A stretch of 64,000 nucleotides of DNA from the human T2T-CHM13v2.0 reference genome, Homo sapiens: NCBI GenBank assembly GCA_009914755.4, contig CP068257.2:39232001-39296000 (forward strand). The letters are read 5' to 3'. Of this stretch, positions 42,271 to 55,794 are shown one piece after another (the first letter of the stretch is position 1; the number at the start of each line of letters is the position of its first letter). A program made the translations under genes and the position numbers. The notes beneath the pieces are model-generated. The model did not search any database. It was given only the letters and a program-made list of their open reading frames with translations, and was not told the DNA's origin.

Positions 42271-42923
42271 TCACCTGGCAAAGAAACCTTCTATCCATTA
42301 ACAGTTTGTTCCCATTACCCTATCCAACCCTGACGCCCCAGGCAAGCACCGTTCTACTCTGTCTTCATGGATTTGCCTATTCTGGACATTTTATATAAAT
42401 GGAATCACACAATGTGTGGTCTTTTGCGATTGGCTTCTTTGACTTAACATGGTTTCAAGGCTCGTCATGTTGTGGCATGTGTTTGTACTTCATACTTTTA
42501 TGGCTGGATAATATTCCATTGTATTGATATCCTACATTATCTTTATCCATTTATCAGTTTATGGACATTTGAATTGTTTCCACTTTTTCGCTATTGTGAA
42601 GAGTGTCACAATAAATATTCAAGTACAGGTTTTTGTGGACATTTCTTTTCATTTCTCTTGGGTATGTACCTAGGAGTGGAATTGCTGAGTCATGTGGTAA
42701 CTCTATTTTTAACTTTTTGAGAAACTGGCAAACTGTTTTCCAAGGTGGCTACACACTTTTACCTCCCCACCACCAGTGTGTGAAGTTCAGGACTTATTTT
42801 TGAAGACTGATTTCTAAGCCACCCTCTTAGATGACCGGTGCTCAGATCCCACTGGTGGGTGACCCTGGCCGTATTACCTACAAATAAGAGCAGCTGTACC
42901 TTGGGGAGAATGGCCTCTGGCTC

Positions 42924-43332
42924 TGTATTAGTTCGTTCTTGCACTGCTATAAAGAAATACATGAAATTGGGTACTTTATAAAGAAAAGAGGTTTAATTGG
43001 CTTACAGTTCCACAGACTGTAAAGGAAGCATGGTGGCATCAGCTTCTGGGGAGGGCTCAGGAAACTTACAATCATGGCAGAAGGCAAAGGGGGAGCTGAC
43101 ACCTCACATGACCCCAAGCAGGAACAACAGAGAGTAAGAAGGGAGGTGCTAAACGCTTTTAAACAATTAGATCTCATGAGAACTCACTATTATGAGAACA
43201 GCACCCAAGGGGATGCTATTAAATTAGAAACTGCCCCCATGATCTAATCCCCTCCCACCAGGCCGGACCTCCAACATTGAGGATTATAATTGAATATGAT
43301 ATTTGCAAAGGGACACAGATCCAAACCATGTC
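42924..43332 (-). mobile_element. MaLR solo LTR (THE1/MST-like)
   Basis: tgtattagttcgttcttgcactgctataaagaaatacatgaaattgggtactttataaagaaaagaggtttaattggcttacagttccacagactgtaaaggaagcatggtggcatcagcttctgggg ... caatcatggcagaaggcaaagggggagctgacacctcacatgaccccaagcagg ... gatctcatgagaactcactattatgagaacagcacccaagggg ... ccaaaccatgtca, reverse complement of the THE1-type LTR. Confidence 0.8.
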
Positions 43333-43920
43333 AGCCTCTTAAGGACCGTGTGTGGATGGAGCAAGTTGATATCCACAGGGTATACAGCAGGTGCTCAAGC
43401 AGTACTGGAGTCCCACTGTGGCTGATGGTCAGCAGGAAAGCAACAAGGGTGACCGAAACATACAGGTTACAAACAATTTTTGTTACCCAATTCCAAAAGT
43501 CTCAGTGAAGACAGGAACAAGTTTCCAGGTGAGGACAAACAGCTGCTTCTCTTATTTGCCCTAGGCTCACACAGGAAACAGGTTGAGTCACTCAGCAGGT
43601 TTGTACCTGCAAATTACGAGAGAGAGCATTGGGAAGACTGTCCGCATAGGTGACCAGGCCAGCCCAGCAGTGCAAATGACAGCCCAGGTTAGCCTGGCCG
43701 GTGCAAAGGGTAGTGTTCTGCCAGAACTTGAAATAACTAGTTCATTTGGATGTGTTTCCTTACATTGCCTTAAGACATAGAGGAGCTCAAGCCTATGCAC
43801 ATCCTGTGTTCCATAAAAGACTAACCTTAGGGGAAAATGATGAGAAAGAGTCCATTTTACTTTCTGTGCCTCCTGACCAGGAAAGACTCACTGCTGAAGC
43901 CAACTTCAAAAGCAAAACCA

Positions 43921-44234
43921 GGCCAGGCACGGTGGCTCACTCCTGCAATCTCAGCACTTTGGGAGACCGAGGAGGGAGGATCACTTGAGCTCAGGAGTTC
44001 AAGACCAGCCTGGGCAACATAAGAAGACCCTGTCTCTACAAAAATAAATAAATAAATAATTTATGTGGTGGCACATGACCGTAATCCCAGCTACTTGGGA
44101 GGCTGAGATGAGAGAATCTCTTGAGCCTGGAGGTAGAGGTTGCAGTGAGCTATGATTGCACCACTGCACTCCAGCCTGGACAACAGAACAAGACTCTGTC
44201 TCTAATAATAATTAATAACAGTAATAAATTAATA
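43921..44234 (+). mobile_element. Alu SINE, full length
   Basis: ggccaggcacggtggctcactcctgcaatctcagcactttgggagaccgaggagggaggatcacttgagctcaggagttcaagaccagcctgggcaacataagaagaccc ... TSD AAGCAAAACCA at 43910-43920 and 44235-44245. Confidence 0.95.
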
Positions 44235-46118
44235 AGCAAAACCAAGCAAACAAAGCCAAAATGTAGGTTAAGGTGGCAACCGGGTAGGTGTCAACTCTGA
44301 TTTAAGACCAGTGCAGAGTGAAGACATCACCCCATAGCTCCTTACCTGACTCTACCCCAAGCTTTGCCAACTACACACATTTGAGTCTTCTGTTTAGCAC
44401 GGTCCCAGGAATCTGTCGCTCTTGAACCACCGCGAAGAGGAACCTGGTAGGTAACTGAGAGTCTTCTGAAATTTTCGGAGTACAGCGTGGACAGGTGTAA
44501 TAGAGAAATAGAGGGAGAGGACTATTGAGAATATAAAAAGGCCATTACAGAAAGTTACAGCAGGGCTGTGGCTTTGCCAGATAATTGATTTTGAAAAGTG
44601 ACATAGTTATTTGCAGTTTATCTGCTTGCAGCACAAAAATAGGGCAAATCACTGAAATCTTTCTTAGGGGATTGATGTTCATTTTATGACATCCTTCAAT
44701 GAGCAGAAACATAAAAGCCACCATCACACCACCAGCAGCAGGACCACTGCCATGCACGAAGCTCTGAAACAAACAGGGGGTACTCCTGAAAGGCTAAGGA
44801 ATGAACAGGAACAGAGTGAGCTTGCCTGTCCAGGGAGTGGGCACACTGGCCAAACCCAGGCTGACCCTGTGTGCAGGTGGGCACCCATTGCTGGCCTGTA
44901 TCGCACAGGCTTTCCTTTGGGTAGGGATGGCTTTGTGCATGTGGCTGCCTGGGATGCCCAGAAAAGTGTCAGCAATTCCTGGATTCCCCGGGTGACTAGG
45001 CACAATATGTTTGGTGGGATTGGAGCTGAGGAAAGTGAACTGGGAGAAATCTGGCAACAGGAGGACTCACCCTTTGTCTTCCCACTTTTTGAAATGGAGT
45101 CTCCTGACATTTTCCTCCTCATCTCAACTTTCTCTCCAAGTCTTTCCTGTCTCCTGGGCAGAGAATCAGAGCTGACCACCAATTACGTTATACCCGAATT
45201 TTATAGAATCACTTTTTATTGCTAGCATATCATAGGGGGATCACTGTTTTATTTTATTTTAAACTATTCATAGTACCTGTATTACTTCTAAAAATAACAA
45301 AACAAGAGATGAGACTCTCATAAGCCAGGAGCAATGTCCAAATGTCTGATGAAAAGGAATTGCCAACGTAATTCAGCCTAACCAGCAATCTTGCAGGGCA
45401 AGGGTAGAAAAAGAAATAAGATCTTCAAAGGGTCACTTTCCATGAACTCTTTCTTAATTTTCTTTGCTACTTTGTAGTAGTTTTAGCTAAATTTTATGAG
45501 TTAAAAAAATGTTGGTAATATATTTCTTTAGGAGCCTAAGGTCAATTGTGTGACTTTTTTTTTGTGATCAATTCACTGCTTAAAAAATTTTTCCTTATTA
45601 AAAAAATAATAATTGTCCTTTAATGTCTTCCTGGCTTATTGTTATTACAATTTCCATTTATTCAATGAAATTCTAGAACAGGCATCATTGTCCATAAATG
45701 CTCTCCATAGCCTGAAGGACGATATTAAAGTCACTTCTTATCCTTCCCTTCTCCTCCAGTGTCTCATTCCACAAGTTCTTTCCCCTGGGATCCTCTTGGG
45801 ATTTTAGGCATTTGAGCCAGACTCCAAGGCTTTCCTTGCCCTTTTGGGCTGTGTATCCCAATGTATTCTTGGAAGGATCTGCCTACTTTGGAAAAGGATG
45901 GCTTGTCATGCCCACGCCTTGGGCTCATGGCTGCTGGGGGCCTCCCTGGACGCAGTAACCAGCACTTGTGCAGGCTCAGGTTTGCCCAATTACTGCCTGG
46001 GCCCCAGTCTGCCACTCCAGGCCTTTTCTCATGTTGCGTCTTCAACACCAGTACCATCAACTTACAAAATTAAAAATTTAACCAAACTGGGTGTATGATA
46101 ATGTTACTGAATTTAACT

Positions 46119-46440
46119 TTTTCTTTTTTTAACATTTATTTTAAGTTCAGAGGTAATGTGCAGGTTTGTTCCACAGGTAAACTTGTGTCCTGGGGGTTTG
46201 TTGTACATATTCTTTTATCACTCAGGTATTAAGCCTAATACCCACTAGTTATTTTTCCTGATCTTCTTCCTCCTCTTTCCCTCTACCCCTCTGAAATGCC
46301 CCATGGAATTAACTTTTTATTCTTAGTTCAGTCAAATTATTTTGTATGGGTGGACACAGTGACCATATAGTTTTTGTATGGGTGGACACAGTAACCGTAT
46401 AGTTTTTTGTTTTATTATTGATGAAAATCAGTATTTTTGA
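46119..46440 (-). mobile_element. L1 3'-end fragment (older primate L1), minus orientation, containing a 32-bp tandem duplication
   Basis: T-rich run then tttattttaagttcagaggtaatgtgcaggtttgttccacaggtaaacttgtgtcctgggggtttgttgtacatattcttttatcactcaggtattaagcctaatacccactagttatttttcctgatc, which is the reverse complement of the L1 3' UTR terminus (...gtgcagcgcaccagcatggcacatgtatacatatgtaactaacctgcacaatgtgcacatgtaccctaaaacttagagtataat). Tandem copies gtatgggtggacacagtgaccatatagttttt / gtatgggtggacacagtaaccgtatagttttttg at about 46335-46400. Confidence 0.7.
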
Positions 46441-47243
46441 AGTCAGGCTCTTTTCTGTTTTGGGTTTTTTTTTTTAATTTCTTTTAAATATATCTATGTC
46501 ACATCTTCCACTTCTTTTGAAGACCTTATTTAGTTCTATTCAATGTGTAAAGTACTTCACACATTGCAGTTTTTTGAAAGTCATATAATTCATACCTGAG
46601 AGAGATTTTGGGGAGCCTCTGGCTCAGCATGGTCACTGGAGGCCCAGGGAAGTCTAGGGTTTGCTGAAAATCTGGGAACAGTTAGCTCAAAGCCTGGCCG
46701 GCGCCCACTGCTTCTAATTTTCCATCCGTTTATCTCTCCGGCCCTGTGCAGCACTGCCTTTCCCAGGAAATGTGTGTGCGCCATCTTGTTATCTGATGTC
46801 ACCAGCACTGCACACCAGGATGCCAGGAGCCCAGGTGTGGGGTAAGAAGAGCTGGGCTTGAATCTCACTCTACCACTTATTAGCTATATGGTAGTCTTTG
46901 ACCACCACATTCCTTAGCTTCTTAGTGTGTTAGTTTCCTCATCTGCAGAATAGAGACAATAATGTAGTACTGACTGATTCAAACCACATGTCATGGATTC
47001 AAGACCATGTTCCTATGTCCCTCCAAAGACTTTTCCAACAGTTCAGTGGTGCCTGGAATTTCTTAATGAACATTTCAGTTCTGCAGCTTGAAGTTCACTG
47101 CTGGTAGATTGCCATCATCCCTGGAAGGGGTTGCACATTACGCCTCCTTAAGCACGTGCACTGATTGATATAGAAGCAAGTGTCTACCAGGAAAGGAAAA
47201 AAGACTTCAAATTCTGAGGGAAGCGAAAAGTAAAAATAAAAAA

Positions 47244-47264
47244 GCAGCAGCAGCAGCAGCAGAG
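47244..47264. repeat. (CAG)7 trinucleotide repeat
   Basis: aaagcagcagcagcagcagcagagaaaac. Confidence 0.95.
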
Positions 47265-47413
47265 AAAACACCATTCTGGGATAAACATCCGGAGTGTTAG
47301 GCTTAGGGTCTCAAAGTCAGACGTGACAAGCCTCACCCTGCTTGTTCAGCTCCATGATTATTATTTTAAACATCAATTCTCATAGTAGAAAGATTAAAAA
47401 AAAAAGCTAACAG

Positions 47414-47731
47414 TGGACCCAGCACGGTGGCTCATGCCTGTAATCCCAGCACTTTGGGAGGCCGAGGGGGGCGGATCACCTGAGGTCAGGAGTTCGAGAC
47501 CAGCCTGGGCAACATGGCGAAACCCTGCCTCTACTAAAAATACAAAAATTAGTCGGGCATGGTGGCTCATGCCTGTAATCCCAGCTACTCCAAAGGCTGA
47601 GGCAGGAGAATTGCTTGAACCCAGGAGGCAGAGGTTGCAGTGAGCCAAGGATCGCACCACTGCACTCCAGCCTGGGTAACAGAGTGAGACTCTGTCTCAA
47701 ATAAACAAACAAACAAACAAACAAATAGTGA
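47414..47731 (+). mobile_element. Alu SINE, full length, with a (CAAA)n tail
   Basis: ggacccagcacggtggctcatgcctgtaatcccagcactttgggaggccgaggggggcggatcacctgaggtcaggagttcgagaccagcctgggcaacatggcgaaaccc ... caaataaacaaacaaacaaacaaacaaatag. Weak TSD AACAGTG / AATAGTG. Confidence 0.9.
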
Positions 47732-48577
47732 GTTATAGCTAGAAGAATCTTGAATAGTAGCCTTGTTGTGTTCAAAACATACCCATGCTTTATAAAATCA
47801 GAGCTGAAGAGGTTGGTGTACTATAACACAGATTTAACATCCTATCTAAATTATTTGAGGTGAAGGATTCATTATTCATGATTTTCACACCCAAAAATAT
47901 TTACTTCATAGTATTCATATTTGGACATGTCATTCAGATTATTCCATTTTATTTTAAATAACGTAACAAAACATTTTAGACATCTGATTTATATAATAGC
48001 AATACCAAGGACTTGCACCCTGTTTCTACCTAAGTTGTTTCTAAAAACCATCTTATAACTCATCCATTGCCAAGTAATTACAATCTTAACTGTATCTTGA
48101 AAACAGTGGGTTTCAGCTTTTTATTATCCCAGTTATTGCTCTGGAATCATTGTAGTGCACCTTCTTCATGACCCCATTCATTCAGGTCACCAGCTCACTC
48201 TATGTTTAAGAGGCCTGTCTCTAGAAAGAAGGAGAAGAGGGGATACGTAAAGAATTGAAAACAGCTTCAATTTGATTCAGTAGCACAGTGCACTAAAACC
48301 CATAAGCCACAACAATCAACAAAGTGTGGAATTCACACTGTTCTACTCAATTCCATCCCTTGTATTTTTTACAGCAATATCTTTATTGTGCTGAAAGTTA
48401 TCACATGTACTCCGGAGTTTCTAACAAACCTTTATGTTTTACCTTTGAAAATAACTTCTAAGCTGCTATTTCTGCTTGGAATTTTATGTTAAAGGTGGAG
48501 AAAATTGAATCAAGCAGTCATCAATGGGTATCACCTTCCACAGTCCTACCTCCCCAGAGTTCTGAAGAATTCAGGTC

Positions 48578-48865
48578 CAGGCAAACTAACACAGGAACAG
48601 AAAACCAAATGCCACATGTTCTCCCTTATAAGTGGAAGCTAAATGATGAGAACACATGGACACGTAGAGGCGAGCAACATATACGGGGGCCTTTTGGAGG
48701 GTGGAGGGTGGGAGGTGGGAGAGGACCAGGGAAAACAGCTATTGGTTACTAGGCTTAATAGTTGGGTGATGAGGTGGCCTATACGACGGAGCCCCATGAC
48801 ACAAGTTTACCTGTGTAGCAAATCCACACTTGTACCCCTGAACATAAAATAAAAGTTAAAAAAAG
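48578..48865 (+). mobile_element. L1 3'-end fragment, plus orientation
   Basis: ggcaaactaacacaggaacagaaaaccaaatgccacatgttctcccttataagtggaagctaaatgatgagaacacatggacacgtagagg ... gagccccatgacacaagtttacctgtgtagcaaatccacacttgtacccctgaacataaaataaaagttaaaaaaag. Confidence 0.8.
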
Positions 48866-51800
48866 AGACATTGTCAGAAAATACATGGTGAATTTAATAA
48901 ACAGTTTTCTTTCAACGGTAACAAAAAAATCAATGAAGTTGGTTGCCCGTTGTAAGAATTAAACGTCCAATAATTTTTAGGCAATTTTTGATTTCTGAGC
49001 TTATAACTGAGTTGCTGTAAAATTGCTGGGATTCCTACACAAAGAAGAAAACCTTTTTGATGAAAATTTAAAAAGAATTTTGTACCAATTATGGAGGTTT
49101 AGTTAAAAATTATTAAGAACAAATAAAAGAAATATTTTACACACAAAAAAAGATGACGCTTCCCTGGCTGCTGTGACACTTGTGTGTTATGAGCACACCT
49201 TGGTGTTGTAGGTTGGAGTCCTGGAAGGTGCTTTTTTGACATTGTCTTAAAACTTTTTTTAAGGCCTAAGGTATGAAATAATTAATCATTAGTACATTTT
49301 TATTTGATGCACTGGGAATTTTTAATAATTTCACTCTAAGTAGTTCCCCTCAAATACATGAGCTTTTATTTTATATCTTTTTAGTAGGCATAACTCAAGT
49401 ATATAAGGTAGATTTTTAAAAAGACATTGTATGGTATCTTAAAGTTAGCATTCAGTTTTCTACTGTACTATTTTACTAAATTTTTCAATACTTCATTTTT
49501 ATAGACTTCTAATCCCTGCTACCTTATATTATACTATATTATACTTTCCTATACATTTAATTTGAAGGCTTTTCAGAACTTTGACATGGCTATGGGCTTA
49601 GGGATTGTAGGCATTTTCCATGAGACAAAAACATGTGACTTCCAGCATTGTTTTAATTTGATTATTAAAAAGTACACAAATATTAGTGGAGGAAAAAGGA
49701 CCTACAATATAGTGATGATGATGGTGGCGGTAGTGGTGATGATGACAATAATAATAACACATGGTATGATTTTAAGGGCAAATAGATATGCAAATAGGCT
49801 TAATCCTGAATACAGTGAAAGAAAACTAAGGCATTGCAGGCATAAATACTTCAAAGCTAGGGGCAAACACTACAATTGGACCAGAACCAAATTGTCTGGA
49901 CTGCTGGGGGTGGCTCTACCAGATCCAAGATGGTGCTAGAGTTAGTAAACCTTCAGCTGTGATAAAGCTAACAAAGTGCTCTGTCTCCTAGTAATTGCAA
50001 GAATGATATTTGTTACAATCTCCTTTCTTCAACTCCGAGCACCAGAATGCCAGCTGCGGAGGATTCTGAGTTGGGCCACTATCCTGGGTCAAATTCAGTC
50101 TGGAACAATAGTTCTTTGACTTCTATCTTTTTCACAATTTCTCATTTCCCCAACTGATCATTAATCCACAAGGGATTATTGATCTCCCAGTCAGTCTGTC
50201 CTCTCTCCTGCCAAGTAATAAAAATACTACCTTTAATGCTAATCTGTATAAATCAATGTCAGGTTCAAATATGAACTGTGCTGTAGACTTGGATTCTTTA
50301 CCAAATATAACAATCAGTGGATGCTTCACTCAAATATTAATGATTCATTAACTACCCACCAGTTTCTCATTAAGTGCTGATATAATCTCTCCATAAGAAT
50401 TTATTACAATACCATAGCCAAATGTTCAACATCTAGACAGGAACAAACTCTCTAAGGAGAAATCATAAAACACGTACAAACTCAGGCAGTCTTCATCCAA
50501 AGTAACTGTGTTAATCCAGTGAAGTGAGTGTGTCTGATTGTTTTTTGAGCTTTATCACCTCAAATCAGGCAGTCAGTTAACTCTCTAAGCTTCAGTGTGC
50601 TCATTTGTAAAATAGATATAGTGGCCTCACCTCAGACTATTTTGAGAAAATCAAGGATGATGATGTCTTTGTAACCAGCTTATGCAAGGGGCTGAACTTG
50701 GGAGGTTGTAATCAGGAAATAGTTTTCCTTTTAACCCACCACAATCTTCAAACCTACGTTTCAATTTTCTATTCTGCAGCACTGGGTGATGTCTCATGGA
50801 AGCTAGCTTTTCTAGTCAGTTTCAGGTATTTGTAAAGTCTCATTTTTGAATATAAAAAAGCCAGTCTAGTCTAATTCCAAAATGTCAATATCTTTTGGGT
50901 TTTCCTGCAGTTCAGCTGTGATTTAGGCTGGAAAATCTGCAAGGATAATGTCAGGGTGTCATTTTATCCTTCCTTGATCCACTTCCTTGCTGTAGTCTTC
51001 AGTATTGAGTAGGAAGGAAGCATGAACCTGAAGATGCAAAACTTTATCTTGACTTGGCAGGTGCTGTCTGCTCCTTCACCATGGCAGATGCTCAGATGCC
51101 AGCTCCTTTTCTCCCAGGGCTCTTTAACGGATATCTTGGGAGCCTACCTCCTACCCTCCACCACTCCCACCAGCCAAGAGATTTCCATGATGGACATATG
51201 CTTTGGCTCACTTTCAGGCTTCCCCTTGCTAATGGACACCCTTTATTGATATCCCTGGCCTGGCCACCTTCTGTGGAGTAGCTCAGAGGGAAGAATGATG
51301 TGGTCAGCTCCCCGTTTTGCTGTTAGAGAGACTGCCACAGGCTCCACACCTCTGAGCATCCTTTTTTACCTGCACACAATGGGATAATGACAGTATCTAC
51401 CATTGCTGTCTACCTCCTGGGCTGTCTCAAGGATTAAAGGAGGTGGCCCAGCCTAAGCACACTTACCACAGCACCTTCCCATGCCACACCTAGCAGGAAG
51501 CAAGCATGATCAAAGTGGTTAGAACCATGAACTACAAAACAGATTACCTGGGTTTGGATTTAAAATCCACCACTCACTAATTGTAAAACCTTGGACACAT
51601 CAATGGTTAATTGACCTCTCTGTGCCATAATTTTCTTTCTGTACAATGGAAATAATAGCAGTTTCTCCATGTGCCAGATGCTATGTGTTGACATTCAGTG
51701 GGTATCTGCCTTCAAAATGCTCCCCTAATCCACAGGGTAAGGCCTGGAGACTCACATTCCATCTTTCTATACCAGTGGGTTCCAGGGAAGTTCTGCCAAT

Positions 51801-52215
51801 GAGAAGCTGTCATGGGCTTTCTGGAGTTGGCCTGGAGATCAGTGGAAGGTAGCTGTTTGAGCATCAGCACCAGACAGATGTGGAAATTTGCAGCAGTTTC
51901 CAAGCAACCTTCTGAGAATTGTGCACTTTGGAGCTCCAAGAATATGTGACCTCCCATTATCCTAAGCAAGCCCCACCAAGCCCTAACTGATACCTGGCTT
52001 CATAGAGTGGCTGAGAAAATCAAGAAAGTTTGTACATAGAACGTGCTCAGAACAGCTCCAACAACATTGTAAGCATTCAATAAATGTCAGCTACTATGTT
52101 CATTCCGTATTATTCCCAATACTATGAATTAATCTATGCATATCAGTTGACCAAAGCTTCAAAACTACAGGAAGAAGGAAATGGTAGGAGAGCTCAGCAC
52201 TTCCCCTACAGACCT

Positions 52216-52586
52216 TGTATTAGTCTGTTTCCATGCTGCTGATTAAGACATACCCAAGAATGGGCAATTTACAAAAGAAAGAGGTTTAATGTACTTGCAG
52301 TTCCACATGGCTGAGGAGGCTTCACAATCATGGTGGAAGGCAAGAAGGAGCAAGTCACGTCTTACATGGATGGCAGCAGGCAAAGAGAGAGAGCTTGTGC
52401 AGGGAAACTCCCATTTTTGAAACTATCAGATCTCATGAGAATTATTCACTATCAGGAGAACAGCATGGGAAAGACCTATACCCATGATTTAATTATCTCC
52501 TACCGGGTTCGTCCCACAACACATGGGAATTGTGGGAGTTACAATTTAAGATGAGGTTTGGGGAGGGACACAACCAAACCATTAGA
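52216..52586 (-). mobile_element. MaLR solo LTR (THE1-like), minus orientation
   Basis: tgtattagtctgtttccatgctgctgattaagacatacccaagaatgggcaatttacaaaagaaagaggtttaatgtacttgcagttccacatggctgaggaggcttcacaatcatggtggaaggcaagaaggagcaagtcacgtcttacatgg ... gatctcatgagaattattcactatcaggagaacagcatgggaaagacc ... cccacaacacatgggaattgtgggagttacaatttaagatgaggtttggggagggacacaaccaaaccatta, a close match to the reverse complement of THE1. Confidence 0.85.
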
Positions 52587-52612
52587 GACCTGAAAGAGGC
52601 TGTTGTACTCAC

Positions 52613-55108
52613 TGATTCATGTAGTTTGCATGTGTGTCCTCTCTAAATCACATGTTGAATTGTAATCCCCAGTACTGGACATGGGGCCTGGTTGGGGGTG
52701 ATTGGATCACAGGGGTGGATTTCTCATGAATGATTTAGCATCATCCTCTTGATGCTATTCTTGTGATAGTGAGTTCTCATGAGATCTAGCTGTTTAATAG
52801 TGTATGGCAACTCCTCCCTCTCTCTCTTGCTCTTGCTTTCACCATGTGATGTGCTGGCTTCTTCTGTATCTTCCTCCATGATTGCAAGCTCCCCGAGGAC
52901 TCACAAGAAGCTGAGCAGATGGTCAGTATCATGCTTCCTGTACAACCTGCAAAACCATAAGCCAGCTAAACCTCTTTTCTTTATAAATTACTCAGTCTTA
53001 GGTATTCCTTTATAGCAATGCAAGAACTACATAACACAGAAAATTGTTATCAGGAGTGAGATATTACTGTAAAGATACATGAAAATGTGGAAGTGACTTT
53101 GGAACTGGGTAACAGGCAGAGGTTAGAAGATTTTGGAGGGCTCAGAGGAAGACAGGAAGACGAGGGAAAGTTTAGAACTTCTTAGAGGCTTGTTAGATGA
53201 TTGTGACCAAAATGCTGATAGTGATATGAACAGTGAAGTTCAGCCTGCTGAGGTCTCAGATGGAAATGAGGAACTTATTGGGAACTAGAGCACAAGTCAT
53301 CCACGTTATGCTGTAGCAAAGAGATTGGTTGCATTGTGTTCACGCCCTAGAGATCTGTGGAAATTTGAACTTAAGAGTGATGATTTAGGGTAACTGGTAG
53401 AAAAAAAAAATCTAAGCTACAAAGCATTCAAGATGTGTCTTGGCTGCTTCTAACAACCTACTCTTAGACATAGGAGCAAAGAAATGACTTAAAGTTGGAA
53501 GTTATATTTAAAGGGGAAGCATATCAGAAACATTTGGAAAATTTGCAGCCTGGCCATGTGGTAGAAAAGAAAAGCCCAATTTCAGTGGAAGAATCCAAGT
53601 GAGCTACAGAACAACCACTTATTAGAGAGATTTGCGTAACTAAAAGGGAGCCAGGTGCTGATAGCCAAAACAAGGGGGGAAAAGGTCTCAAAGACATTTC
53701 AGAGATCTCTGAGGCAGCCCCTCCCATCACAGGCCATGGGTTCTAGGAGCAAATAATGTTTTGGGGGGCCAGGACCAGGGCCACAATCCCCTGCACAGTC
53801 ATAGGACTTTGCTTCTCGCATTCCAGTCACTCCAGCTGCAGCTGGAGGGGCCAAGTTACAGCTTGGGCCTCCACTCTAGAGGGTGAGAGCCATCAGCCTC
53901 AGTGGCTTCCACATAGTGTTAAGCCTGTAGGTTCACAGAGTGCAAAAGTGAAGAATGTTTGGCAGCCTCTGTCTACATTTCATAGGATGGATGGGAAAGC
54001 CAGAGTGCCCAGGAAGAAGCCTATCTCAGGGGCAGAACCCTCATAGACAACCTCTACTAGGGCAGTCATGAAGGGAAATATGGGGTGTGAGCCCGTACAC
54101 AGAGTTCCCAGTGTGGGAACTGCGTAGTGGAGCTGTAGGGAGGGGGTCACTTTCCCCCAGACCCCAAAATGGTAGATCCATAAGCAGCTTGTACCCTGGA
54201 AAAGCCACAGGCACTTAACTGCAGCCTATGAGAGCAGCTGTGGGGACTGAACCATGCAAAGCCTAGAAGCAGAGCTGCCATGGCTTTGGGAACCCAACCC
54301 TTGCACCTGTGTTCCCTGGATGCAGGACGTGGAGTTGAAGGAGACTGCTTTGGAACTTGAAGATTTAATGACTGCCCTGCTTGGTTTTGCACTTGTGTGG
54401 GGGCTGTACATGTAAATAGCCCCTGTCTTTTTGGCTGATTTATCCCTTTTGGAATGTGAATGTTTAACCAATGCCTGTACCCCCATTGTATCTTAAAAGC
54501 AAGTAATTTGTTCTGATTTTCCAGACTCATAGGTGGTAGGCACTCAACTCCAGATGGGACTTTGGACTTGGGACTTTGGACTTTTGAGTGATGCTAAAAT
54601 GAATTCAGACTTTTGGGAAACTACTGGCTGGGGATGATTATATTTCTCAGTGGAAGAAGAACATGAGATTTGAGGGGCCAGGAGTGGAATGATGTAGTTT
54701 AGAGGTTGTTCCCTCTGAATCTCATGTTGAATTGAATCCCCAGTGTTGGAGGTTGGGCCTGGTGAAAGGTGATGGGTTCATGAAGGCAGATTTCTCATGA
54801 ATGGTTTAATGCCAACCCCTTGGTGCTGTCCTTGATAGTGAGCATGTTCTCAGAAGATCTGGTTGTTTAAAAATCTGTGGCAACTACTCCCTCTCTTTTG
54901 CTCCCACTCTCACCGTGTGATATGTTGGCTCCCCCTTTGCCTTCCACCGTGACTGCAAGCTCCCTGAGGCCTCACCAGAAGCAGAGCAGATGCTGATGCC
55001 ATACTTCCTATACAGCCTTCAGAAACATGAACCAATTAAACCTCTCTTCTTTATAAATTAGCCAGTCTCATGTATTCCGTTATAGCAAAGCAAGAACAGC
55101 CTAACATA
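52613..55108 (+). mobile_element. complete MaLR (THE1/MST-family) retrotransposon: 5' LTR 52613-53038, internal region 53039-54689, 3' LTR 54690-55108
   Basis: Both LTRs start tgat..atgtagttt and end ttataaatta(c/g)(t/c)cagtct(t/c)a(g/t)gtattcc(t/g)ttatagcaa(t/a)gcaagaac...aacata. Internal region: tactgtaaagatacatgaaaatgtggaagtgactttggaactgggtaacaggcagaggttagaagattttggagggctcagaggaagacaggaagacgagggaaagtttagaacttcttagaggcttgttagatgattgtgaccaaaatgctgatagtgatatgaacagtgaagttcagcc ... gagatctgtggaaatttgaacttaagagtgatgatttagggtaactgg ... gcagcctggccatgtggtagaaaagaaaagcccaatttc, which matches THE1/MST internal sequence. No intact ORF. Confidence 0.8.
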
Positions 55109-55794
55109 CTGCCACTCAAGAACAAGAAGATACTGTGAGAGTCCACCCAAGGGGAGCATGTTTAGAAATATGGCAGGAATATAAATGATATCAACAGACA
55201 ACATCTGCAGAAGAATTAACAGAAATGTACCTTGTGGATCTCTCACTTCAGCTGCTCCAGAGAAGTTCATTTACCAAATGCAAAGGGCCAGCCTGAAAGA
55301 TATCTCACTATTCAGTACAGAAATGGGGCACATACATGGAGGGCAAGGAGAAAAATCTGCATGTTGTCAAACCACTTTTTAGATTTAACTTGAAGTGACC
55401 TCATATGAACAAAAACAGATCAGGGAATTCTAAGTTAGATCATAGGCAAAGTAGCATCATGCTATGAGGGCTGCTGTAAACATCAACTCCGTGCTAAGTG
55501 GTTCAGCTGCCTCAGCTTTGTAGTCAAGAGATGACTCCAGGGTGTTTGCAATCTGCATTCCTTGCAAAAAAGCCTGCGTTAACTTCAGCTCTGCAGGGAG
55601 TTGTGATGGATGCATTTTGAGTATTGTGGTGATTATATTTTTGTTTGCACCTCTCACGGGACAAACACACAAAGGCCTAGAATATAAGGGAGAGCAAACA
55701 ATAAAACATAAAGCCATTTATGGCACTTGGATTCTTTTGCTTGCAGATGAAGAAATGGCTCTTTTCAGTCAAGCTTGGCTAGTACACATCTTTG

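Noticed and set aside
44686-45225. 179-aa plus-strand and 152-aa minus-strand ORFs
   Set aside because: Same pattern: antisense-overlapping, low-complexity translations in a moderately GC-rich unique segment. No domain recognised.
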